The notes under the pieces were generated by a model. The model was not told the DNA's origin. It did not search any database and saw only the letters and a list, made by a program, of their open reading frames with translations. Below are positions 8,099-15,320 of a stretch of DNA of 64,000 nucleotides, one piece after another. The DNA is taken from sequence record OP172792; one strand, given 5' to 3'. The stretch comes from Escherichia phage ECO340P2. The position numbers and the translations under genes are program-made. Position 1 is the stretch's first letter, and every line of letters starts with the position of its first letter.

Positions 8099-8326
8099 TC
8101 AGATTATTTCATCCAGGCATAACAGGCGATCAACGTTGAGATCGGTTAGGCTGATGGTTGGCACCTGGTAGGATTCGATGTACTCAACACTAGCCCATTG
8201 CCCGAAATTAGCGACCGCCCAGCTATTCAAGGAAGATTGCAGATCATCCCCTTTCTTCTCGGTGATAACTGCTACTGTCTGGAAGTTGCCAACGGTGCCG
8301 GATACGCGAACAATAATGATAGCCAT
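8099..8326 (-). CDS. hypothetical small early protein
   Basis: ORF with AGAAGAGAGAAA RBS. Confidence 0.55.
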   Translation of the reverse strand: MAIIIVRVSGTVGNFQTVAVITEKKGDDLQSSLNSWAVANFGQWASVEYIESYQVPTISLTDLNVDRLLCLDEII

Positions 8327-8350
8327 GATGATTTCTCTCTTCTGTTAGGC

Positions 8351-8405
8351 GGGGCGCTTGTCGCCCCTATGTGATACATTTTACACTAATTTAAAACGTT
8401 GTCAA
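8351..8405 (-). promoter_or_regulatory. early promoter + leader hairpin GGGGCGcttgtCGCCCC
   Basis: TGTCAA 8400-8405. Confidence 0.55.
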
Positions 8406-8414
8406 CTGCTTTTA

Positions 8415-8654
8415 TTACATTCCAACCATTGCGGCGCGGATACTGGATTTACTGAACTTGTAACCGTCTGGCGTTTTATCTTGTCCAGTTTGTTCCAGAA
8501 ATAACATCATATGACGGGCTGCATCATTACGATTAGTATTAGCGTCGATAAACTCTTTCGCCAACCGATATAATGACTCATCGTTATTAATCCAAAGGCT
8601 TACATTCCAATGAGTTTTATTTTTGTGACCTAAGAACATTTTTGATTTAGCCAT
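8415..8654 (-). CDS. hypothetical early protein
   Basis: track ORF trimmed to ATG 8654 downstream of leader hairpin. Confidence 0.5.
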   Translation of the reverse strand: MAKSKMFLGHKNKTHWNVSLWINNDESLYRLAKEFIDANTNRNDAARHMMLFLEQTGQDKTPDGYKFSKSSIRAAMVGM

Positions 8655-8688
8655 GATGTTAATCTCTTTTTCAGTGAGGCGGGAACTA

Positions 8689-8747
8689 TTCCCGCTCTCG
8701 ATGTAAAACATTTTACGCTTTTTCTTTCTGTTGTCAATGCTTTTTAT
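8689..8747 (-). promoter_or_regulatory. early promoter + leader hairpin GCGGGAActaTTCCCGC
   Basis: TGTCAA 8742-8747. Confidence 0.55.
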
Positions 8748-9109
8748 AAATCTTTTTTACGTTTAACATCGCTTGCATGACTGTATACAGTGATCCCATT
8801 GTCACGGCAAAAACGGGAAAGATATGTGCCGCGTGAAAACTCCTTGCCTTCAAGGTTGATAACCTTGCTAAATTCTTCCAGGGCGACGGTATCAAAATGA
8901 TCACCATAACCATATTGAAACGGAACGTTAACCACTTGAATCAATTTACCGCCGATCTCAACGTCAACCATTAAAGAAAAATATGTGTTACCGTAGGACT
9001 GTTGAAACCAGCGACGGGCGCTAATATGCACCGCCTCAATGCTGGATAGTTCAATTTTAGCAGTATTAGCCAAGGTAGCATAAGCGGAAACATTGATATT
9101 AATAGCCAT
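8744..9109 (-). CDS. hypothetical early protein
   Basis: ORF with AAAAGG RBS. Confidence 0.55.
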   Translation of the reverse strand: MAININVSAYATLANTAKIELSSIEAVHISARRWFQQSYGNTYFSLMVDVEIGGKLIQVVNVPFQYGYGDHFDTVALEEFSKVINLEGKEFSRGTYLSRFCRDNGITVYSHASDVKRKKDL

Positions 9110-9129
9110 GATGATAACCTTTTATTGTT

Positions 9130-9186
9130 GGCGGCACCATTGCCGCCCTACGTGATAAACTATACCAGAATTTTAAATAGTGTCAA
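9130..9186 (-). promoter_or_regulatory. early promoter + leader hairpin GGCGGCAccatTGCCGCC
   Basis: TGTCAA 9181-9186. Confidence 0.65.
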
Positions 9187-9192
9187 ATGTTT

Positions 9193-9555
9193 TTATTCGT
9201 AAATTTTGCCGCTTTCTACCCATACCGTAACACGGCGCATATTATCCCAAGTGTCTTGATCCAAGTTTAAGCCGTGCAACTCTTCGGTACTTCCCAGACC
9301 AGGTACCGCCTTGTTGTAAGTTGCATATAAGCGCCCTTGATACTCATACGCCAGGGTGAGATCCGTTTGAATCATCTTTTTAAGCATAGCGTTAAGCATC
9401 ATATTAGCGGCATGTTGATCACGTTTTAGCGGTAACATGTCAATAAGGGCGCGATAAGCTGAAATATGAATATCAACCGTTTCACGTGGTAAATTTTTCA
9501 TATCATCGCGGAAAGATACCAGATTAAACATGATAGTATTGATTTGCTTGCTCAT
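9193..9555 (-). CDS. hypothetical early protein
   Basis: ORF with AAAAAGGG RBS. Confidence 0.55.
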   Translation of the reverse strand: MSKQINTIMFNLVSFRDDMKNLPRETVDIHISAYRALIDMLPLKRDQHAANMMLNAMLKKMIQTDLTLAYEYQGRLYATYNKAVPGLGSTEELHGLNLDQDTWDNMRRVTVWVESGKIYE

Positions 9556-9566
9556 TGTGTTACCCT

Positions 9567-9627
9567 TTTTTGTTTTGGCGGGGAAGTATTCCGCCGCCCT
9601 ATGTGATACATCTTATCAGATTAAAAA
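9567..9627 (-). promoter_or_regulatory. early promoter (TTGACA-N16-TAAGAT) + leader hairpin
   Basis: read on minus strand. Confidence 0.6.
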
Positions 9628-9658
9628 ACGTTGTCAAGAATATTTTTAAAAATAATTT

Positions 9659-9940
9659 TTAGCTATATGATCCGCACCGCTCGCAATAGTGATCATCGTC
9701 GTCATCTGCCACCTGGCTGATAAAGTGATCAACCTTCATTTTCAGGTTATTATAATTGTTTTCAACTTCTTTTAATCTTTCTTGGTAGTATTCCAGGGCT
9801 TCAACATATGCCGCCTCAGCCGTTTTTTCACGCATAGCTAAATTCATGCCGCGCGTATCATCGTACAGCCAAAAACCATCAGTGCATTCACTCATTGAAA
9901 GCGTAGGGCTTAACTCTTTATGACTAATTACCTTGCTCAT
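9659..9940 (-). CDS. hypothetical early protein (C-terminal CxxC)
   Basis: track ORF trimmed to ATG 9940. Confidence 0.45.
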   Translation of the reverse strand: MSKVISHKELSPTLSMSECTDGFWLYDDTRGMNLAMREKTAEAAYVEALEYYQERLKEVENNYNNLKMKVDHFISQVADDDDDHYCERCGSYS

Positions 9941-9950
9941 AGTGTGCGCC

Positions 9951-10055
9951 TTATAGAAGGATTGAAATAACAATTGCTACAGTGATCCACACTGGAACGG
10001 CTAGAATGATAGCGTTAATCGTTCCAACCGTCAAGCTATTTTCTTTATTAATCAT
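9951..10055 (-). CDS. small hydrophobic membrane peptide (34 aa)
   Basis: hand-translated ORF directly after leader hairpin. Confidence 0.4.
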   Translation of the reverse strand: MINKENSLTVGTINAIILAVPVWITVAIVISILL

Positions 10056-10084
10056 TGTAAACCTTTTATATAATTTCACTATGA

Positions 10085-10141
10085 GCGGCACCATTGCCGC
10101 CCTACGTGGTAAATATTATGCTAGTGGCGGCGATATGTCAA
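10085..10141 (-). promoter_or_regulatory. early promoter (TTGACA-N17-TAATAT) + leader hairpin
   Basis: read on minus strand. Confidence 0.6.
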
Positions 10142-10695
10142 AGGCTATTTTCAAAGTTTTCTAGCGCGATCCTTTTTTCTTCCTCTGTCGGCTGATAATC
10201 AGGAAAAGCATCAATACACAACAACGGCGGGATCTCTTCGTACTCTTCCTCTTCCGTTGTCTCCTCGTCTTCCTCCTGGGCTATGGCTGCAATTTTGGCT
10301 AATTTTCTTTCAGCTTGAATCAGTTTACCATCAAGTACATTTTTTGCCATGTTGTAAGCGGTCCAGGTGATGCGCTTATTTTCCAGGGCTTCATCAAGCG
10401 CCGCTATCTTGCTGGGATATTCATCAAGGACACGAAAAGCCGGATCAACCTTGTACAAAGGATTATCTTTCGCGCCGTCGCTAGGATCTTCCGCACTGGA
10501 TAAATCAGCGTTACCATTTGCCAGCCAACCAGGGCGCACATGACGCGCTTTTACGTTGCCGTTACTACGTGCTAACCTGTTACCTATTTGCTCACCACTA
10601 TAGCCCGTTGATTCATCGACAAGATGATCGGGAATGATGCGCGGATCATCTGCCTCATGCTTTACCCAAGACTGGATCACATATTCACGCCCCAT
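10138..10695 (-). CDS. hypothetical early protein with acidic stretch
   Basis: ORF; ATG 10695 with AAGGTGG RBS; EEDEETTEEEEYEE run. Confidence 0.55.
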   Translation of the reverse strand: MGREYVIQSWVKHEADDPRIIPDHLVDESTGYSGEQIGNRLARSNGNVKARHVRPGWLANGNADLSSAEDPSDGAKDNPLYKVDPAFRVLDEYPSKIAALDEALENKRITWTAYNMAKNVLDGKLIQAERKLAKIAAIAQEEDEETTEEEEYEEIPPLLCIDAFPDYQPTEEEKRIALENFENSL

Positions 10696-10696
10696 A

Positions 10697-10954
10697 TTAA
10701 CCACCTTTTTTCAACAATTGACATACTTTAAAAAGACTTGCGGAATCCTTGCAAGGGTAGAAAGATGTACGATAGTCACGTACGCCAACCTTGCGGATCT
10801 CGATGTTCTCGCATGTTGTTTGATCAAAGATATTTATTTCATCACGCCCCCTTATATAAACATAGTGAGGATGGATCAAAGCATACTTAGCTAATCTGTA
10901 AAAAGCGTTATCTTTGAACGCGATCACGTGACCTTTTAACTTGATGTAAAACAT
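10697..10954 (-). CDS. hypothetical early protein
   Basis: ORF with TAAGGTGA RBS. Confidence 0.55.
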   Translation of the reverse strand: MFYIKLKGHVIAFKDNAFYRLAKYALIHPHYVYIRGRDEINIFDQTTCENIEIRKVGVRDYRTSFYPCKDSASLFKVCQLLKKGG

Positions 10955-10978
10955 TTTGTCACCTTACAAATAGCGGGA

Positions 10979-11034
10979 ACTATTCCCGCCTTATGCAACA
11001 TATTAGTAAATTATTCGCTAATGTCAAGCCTTAA
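10979..11034 (-). promoter_or_regulatory. early promoter + leader hairpin GCGGGAActaTTCCCGC
   Basis: TGTCAA 11029-11034. Confidence 0.55.
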
Positions 11035-11303
11035 AGCAAAAATGCTACATCTTGCGCTTTTAGTGTAGTGTCAACCATTTTCGGGCTTTTATAATCAACA
11101 AACCGCGCGGTTTTTTCAATAGCGAAACCTAAATAATCTTGCTTGTTGAAATTACATTCTTTCTTAAATGTTTCCCGCGCCACGGCGATCGCTGCGTCCA
11201 GGGATAAACGACCATCAATATTAATATTAGCGAAAGATCCGCCACCGCTCATAGGTTTACCAGTGGTGCCAGTTACAATCATTGTTGCGCTATATGATGC
11301 CAT
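11031..11303 (-). CDS. hypothetical early protein
   Basis: ORF with AGAAGAGAGAAAAA RBS. Confidence 0.55.
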   Translation of the reverse strand: MASYSATMIVTGTTGKPMSGGGSFANINIDGRLSLDAAIAVARETFKKECNFNKQDYLGFAIEKTARFVDYKSPKMVDTTLKAQDVAFLL

Positions 11304-11326
11304 GATTTTTCTCTCTTCTGTTAGGC

Positions 11327-11382
11327 GGGGCGCTTGTCGCCCCTATGTGATACATCTTATCAGGTTGTTGCCTGTTGTCAAT
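11327..11382 (-). promoter_or_regulatory. early promoter + leader hairpin GGGGCGcttgtCGCCCC
   Basis: TGTCAA 11377-11382. Confidence 0.55.
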
Positions 11383-11387
11383 ACTTT

Positions 11388-11585
11388 TTATTCAAGCCCT
11401 ACGATATGCAAAACACGGCGATCAGCAATAGCGTGCTGGTCTTCTGTTATAACGCACATTTCTACCAGTGAATCAAGAAAGGAAAGCACAGTAATATATT
11501 CGTCATCGGGTACACTCATTTCATTAGTACCGTTTACCATTACGTTGATTTGTCCTGCTTTCGCTACAATGTGCAATGTTGCCAT
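11388..11585 (-). CDS. hypothetical small early protein
   Basis: ORF with GGAG RBS. Confidence 0.5.
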   Translation of the reverse strand: MATLHIVAKAGQINVMVNGTNEMSVPDDEYITVLSFLDSLVEMCVITEDQHAIADRRVLHIVGLE

Positions 11586-11780
11586 GATCTTAACTCCAGG
11601 TGATAAATGATGTTTTTGTTTGTTGACGGTGGATTATGGAGATCCTCACCTTTGCCCGTCCTACATTGCACCCTCCTGTTGTTTATTGTCGTTGTGCCTC
11701 GCCCCCCTCGACAAGATGAATACTACGCTACCCCCTGGCGAACGTCAATCACTTTTCAATCTTTTTCATTTCTTTTTTGC

Positions 11781-11809
11781 TTGCTATCTATAAAGGAAAG
11801 GGCTATTAT
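11781..11809 (+). promoter_or_regulatory. sigma70-like promoter TTGCTA-N17-TATTAT
   Basis: hexamers read directly. Confidence 0.45.
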
Positions 11810-11856
11810 CTTTCTACCGCGCCAACCAGGGCGCACAACAAAGAAAGGGCGACACC

Positions 11857-12120
11857 ATGACTACTACATTACATCTTATGCACTCGTTAGGCTGGCAAGG
11901 CGGCACGGTGCACCAAGTAGCAAGCGCAACGGGCTTAAAGGTTGAAACCGTGCTTACCCTGGGCGATCATAAGGTGGAAGAGATAGACCATTTTGATCCG
12001 TTTGCTGATGGTTATTTGTGGGCGCTCAGTGGCGGCGGGGAAAGCAAGATCCCGCCAGGGGCGCGGGGCGATATGTATTTTTGGTTAGGTGTCCTCTCCT
12101 GGCAAGAAAACAAAAAATAA
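11857..12120 (+). CDS. hypothetical protein in GC-rich island (possible moron)
   Basis: 87-aa ORF with AAAGGG RBS; local GC clearly above flanking DNA. Confidence 0.35.
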   Translation: MTTTLHLMHSLGWQGGTVHQVASATGLKVETVLTLGDHKVEEIDHFDPFADGYLWALSGGGESKIPPGARGDMYFWLGVLSWQENKK

Positions 12121-12122
12121 TC

Positions 12123-12151
12123 TTGACAAGCCCAGGGATCGGGCTTATACT
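12123..12151 (+). promoter_or_regulatory. sigma70-like promoter TTGACA-N17-TATACT
   Basis: near-consensus hexamers; no credible ORF downstream. Confidence 0.55.
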
Positions 12152-12378
12152 GCTTTACATACAGAAGAGGAAGCGCCACCCCACGGCGTAAAGGCGGGGC
12201 TAACATACCAGGGCGCTGGTTGGAAGGTTGATCGCCGGGAGGCTGGACGCTATACATTTGTAAAGAAATGTAAAGACTAAAATAATTGCTTGCTTTCCAG
12301 GGTAGATCTGTTATTCTTATTACATGGCGAGGGGACACGGGAGCGCGAGACAAACACCACTCCTGCGCGTCATTCCCT

Positions 12379-12541
12379 AAATGAGAATGATTATCATTTA
12401 CCTTCTTAAATAAGAATCAATCTCATTTGAGTAGTTGAATGAGAATCATTCCTATTCGCAAAGTGAGAATAAGTCTCATTTACAACATTAAATGCGAATC
12501 AATCTCATTTGCATTTACATATGAGAATTGTTCTCATTCTC
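12379..12541. repeat. six palindromic iteron/operator-like sites (approx. AAATGAGAAT-N3-5-TCTCATTT)
   Basis: sites at about 12379, 12409, 12437, 12460, 12488, 12519; the last (ATGAGAAttgTTCTCAT) is a perfect palindrome. Confidence 0.6.
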
Positions 12542-12560
12542 ACCTGCATAAAAATTTTTG

Positions 12561-12600
12561 TAAACTTTAAATTTTGCTTTTGTACTTTCATTTTTGTAAA
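12561..12600. repeat. AT-rich 40-bp direct repeat, copy 1
   Basis: about 35/40 identity with 12700-12739. Confidence 0.55.
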
Positions 12601-12699
12601 AGCAAAAAAACTTTAAATACTGTGGGCGCGCAAAATTTTTAAAATTTTCCTTGACTTTTAAGTCTTATTCTTGTATGTAACATTTTAAGATAATTTTCC

Positions 12700-12739
12700 T
12701 AAACTTTAAATTTTGGTTTTCAACTTTCACTTTTGTAAA
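12700..12739. repeat. AT-rich 40-bp direct repeat, copy 2
   Basis: about 35/40 identity with 12561-12600. Confidence 0.55.
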
Positions 12740-12888
12740 TTCTTAAAAAGTTTAAATAATTTGAGGAATTTTTGAGATAACAGATAGTGAGAATTTGAGA
12801 TAACCTTTAATCTTGTTGGTAAACCTTCAGGAACCCATCTAGATCAAATCCTAGCGATGCAAACTGAAAAGATAAGTGTTCGTATAGG

Positions 12889-12933
12889 ACAAAATAATAG
12901 GCTCTCTACAGTGCTGTAGGAGCCTTATTTCTG
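12889..12933. terminator. bidirectional intrinsic terminator (AGGCTCtCTACAG-tg-CTGTAGGAGCCT flanked by T-runs)
   Basis: 12-bp stem with T-rich tracts on both strands; downstream of the leftward operon ending at 12990. Confidence 0.6.
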
Positions 12934-12989
12934 TGCTACAAAGTGACACCTTTGTTTTAAAAATGAAAAAAGTTAAAATATCACAAATA

Positions 12990-13523
12990 TCATCTTTGCG
13001 GTATTTTGTCTGGGAAAAGTATTTCTATCAGCTTGTTATGATATTTACCTAAAAGATTCTGCCCTTTCCAGGTGGCAGGGTTTAGCACCCCTGGTTCATA
13101 CATCCCCATTCCAATTCCGTATACCTTATCGTAAGGACTTGCTTCAACAAATGTTTTGTATTGATATAGACGTAAATCGGCATACAAGTCTGGATTCTGT
13201 ACATACTTCAAGCATAAGCCTCGCATTACAATACGCTCACGATTCTCTTCCCATACTTTGTTATCGAAGCCAGCTACTGCCCTACCCATACGTTTGTAAT
13301 AAGCTTGTATCTTCTCATCTTCTCGTTTTAAACTATGAGTCAGAATAGCCTGTGCAGTGCTGTGGTCATTAAAAAGCAAAGCTTTACGCCACATCATATA
13401 TTGTTCTACACAGTTAAATGTTTCATTGTATCCTAGCTCCGTCTCTGTAAATGGTGCAAGATACCAATTACTAAACACATCTTTATGTGAAAAGAAGAAT
13501 ACATATTCATCAGTTATTCTCAT
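12990..13523 (-). CDS. NADAR (YbiA-like, DUF1768) domain protein; putative ADP-ribosyl/N-glycoside hydrolase
   Basis: recalled YbiA-family pattern: FFFS..FSNWY..PF, EQYMMWRKALLF, YYKRMGRAV, C-terminal LGKYHNKL; AGGAGG RBS. Confidence 0.7.
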   Translation of the reverse strand: MRITDEYVFFFSHKDVFSNWYLAPFTETELGYNETFNCVEQYMMWRKALLFNDHSTAQAILTHSLKREDEKIQAYYKRMGRAVAGFDNKVWEENRERIVMRGLCLKYVQNPDLYADLRLYQYKTFVEASPYDKVYGIGMGMYEPGVLNPATWKGQNLLGKYHNKLIEILFPDKIPQR

Positions 13524-13698
13524 TTTTCATACCTCCTAAGACTTCAGCTTGCCCGTCTTGAAAAGCTTTCATCAGAACTATCTTAAGATTGACTTCCAAA
13601 CGTTCTTCATCCTTTCTATAACAATCCAACACTGCCTTAAGTTCATCATAGTGGTTCAGGATAGGTTTAAAGATTTCATGATCTGCTAAACGTGCCAT
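13510..13698 (-). CDS. hypothetical protein
   Basis: ORF in operon. Confidence 0.5.
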   Translation of the reverse strand: MARLADHEIFKPILNHYDELKAVLDCYRKDEERLEVNLKIVLMKAFQDGQAEVLGGMKNENN

Positions 13699-13711
13699 AG
13701 TTCCTCCTTTG

Positions 13712-14077
13712 TTAGTCCATCCACCAGTAGCCGTAAACCGCGTCTGCGTCGATGAGTTTGTGTTTGTTGTTCCGCATGTAGTCTAAGATAAGTAGACGTT
13801 TATTGTATCTGGAGAGATTATGACCCTCTTTTCCGCCATAGTCAAAATATTTTGCAAGATCTTTACATTCAAACAAAATTAGTTCAGGAGTTTCCTCACA
13901 CTGGTCTGTCTGGTACACTTGACGAATGATCATGTATACATCATCGTCTTCCGCTAAATGCTCTACTGGTCCACATCCAGCAGGAACAAATTCATAATCC
14001 CATCGAATCAGATGTGTCTCTACTGCTTCAAAGAAGTCCATTCTTTCGTTGCGCATAATTTGAACGTCAACTAACAT
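13712..14077 (-). CDS. hypothetical protein
   Basis: ORF in operon. Confidence 0.5.
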   Translation of the reverse strand: MLVDVQIMRNERMDFFEAVETHLIRWDYEFVPAGCGPVEHLAEDDDVYMIIRQVYQTDQCEETPELILFECKDLAKYFDYGGKEGHNLSRYNKRLLILDYMRNNKHKLIDADAVYGYWWMD

Positions 14078-15279
14078 GTTTCCTCCTGTAATGTTCCACC
14101 ATAAAGTTTATAAATATTTTGTATTGATGCCATGCAAGATAACTCCACTGTCTCTGTGTAGCCATCTGGCATAGAATATTTGCTCACTGCTTCCGTGTGA
14201 AGGACACGCTTACAACGCTTTTCTGCATCTTTGCATTGCTTCACAGTAGGGAAGTGCCACACTTGGCTCTGTTTCATAGTAAACACATTACGACTATTTT
14301 GTTCTTTGATACGGCGATTACTATTATTAGCAATACCAAACTTCAGTGCACAGATAATATCTTGCTCATCGTAAATATAATTAATGTAGGCTTGTTGTTG
14401 ATTCATACCTGCACAACCAGGGCAACCACACCCCTTATTTAACCAATTGTTAGCACTACACACATGTTTCCCATGATCCTTGCAACCATATTCAAAATCC
14501 CCAAGTATAGAAGCTTTCCCGATCCACCCCAACCACACGTACCCTCTACGTTCTACGTCACTTTTTGCTCTAAATGTCACCTCTTCTTCAGAATATTTGT
14601 AACTGGCAGAACAACGACAAGGGCGCATACCCTGTTTTAATGAACTACCTCTACCGATAAAATATCCCGTTCCTACCCCAGCTTTGGAAAACTCATCTAT
14701 AGCACAGATAGGGCAAAATACACTCCAAAGTATTTCGCTCCTCCCAGCTTTTTCCCCTGTATTAGTGAAGGTAGTGCCTTCGGGAAACACACCCGTACTC
14801 ATGAAATCTTGTATGTGCTGATCGTCTGAAAGCTTATTGTGTTTACCTATACCCTCTAAACGACAAACTGGACAACCTTGTTTATTATTCTTAAAGTTGT
14901 CTATGGTAGATGTGTTAAACTCGTGACCCCTATCACAACGTAAGATTACTCGTGTCTTTTTAGCTTTCAGCCATTCTCCGTAGATACCCAAGAAGCGCCA
15001 ACCTCTTTTTAACGCTTCTTCTTCACACTCTTTCTCTTGGTCCTCTCTGCTCTTCGTTCTCTTCTCCCTTTTTGTTAATTCACCACAAGAAGGGCAAGAC
15101 TTCCCACTTTTAAAGTTAGATATTTTACAAGTATCCCATACACCGTGCACAGGACATTCTATCAGGAGTTTAGTCTCACACCCTTTCCATTCTTTATGGC
15201 CTAAAATTTTATATCCTTTAGAGAGAGCTATGATCTCGCATTCTGCTTTATATTCTTCCCAACTTTTAGCTTTACTCAT
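14071..15279 (-). CDS. Cys-rich protein with three tandem zinc-ribbon-like repeats
   Basis: three repeats of C-x-x-HG-x-[WF]...NF...G-x-x-CP-x-C (CPVHGVW..CPSCG; CDRGHEF..CPVCR; CKDHGKH..CPGC). Confidence 0.55.
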   Translation of the reverse strand: MSKAKSWEEYKAECEIIALSKGYKILGHKEWKGCETKLLIECPVHGVWDTCKISNFKSGKSCPSCGELTKREKRTKSREDQEKECEEEALKRGWRFLGIYGEWLKAKKTRVILRCDRGHEFNTSTIDNFKNNKQGCPVCRLEGIGKHNKLSDDQHIQDFMSTGVFPEGTTFTNTGEKAGRSEILWSVFCPICAIDEFSKAGVGTGYFIGRGSSLKQGMRPCRCSASYKYSEEEVTFRAKSDVERRGYVWLGWIGKASILGDFEYGCKDHGKHVCSANNWLNKGCGCPGCAGMNQQQAYINYIYDEQDIICALKFGIANNSNRRIKEQNSRNVFTMKQSQVWHFPTVKQCKDAEKRCKRVLHTEAVSKYSMPDGYTETVELSCMASIQNIYKLYGGTLQEETC

Positions 15280-15320
15280 GATTTCATCCTATAAGAAATG
15301 CCCCTTGCGGGGCATCTTTA

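Noticed and set aside
2209-11343. Reading the GC hairpins of the early region as intrinsic terminators
   Set aside because: In the transcribed (minus) orientation they are followed by purine-rich RBS sequence, not a U-tract, and they sit downstream of promoters, so they are leader hairpins. Only the GGGCGC-N5-GCGCCC family has T-runs.
12012-12353. 113-aa minus-strand and 63-aa plus-strand (12089..12280) ORFs in the GC-rich island
   Set aside because: Pro/Arg/Gly-rich translations typical of GC-rich non-coding sequence; they overlap the promoter at 12123-12151; no RBS.
12379-12541. CRISPR array
   Set aside because: The repeats are short palindromes with 5-10 bp variable gaps, not 25-40 bp direct repeats with unique spacers; no cas genes.
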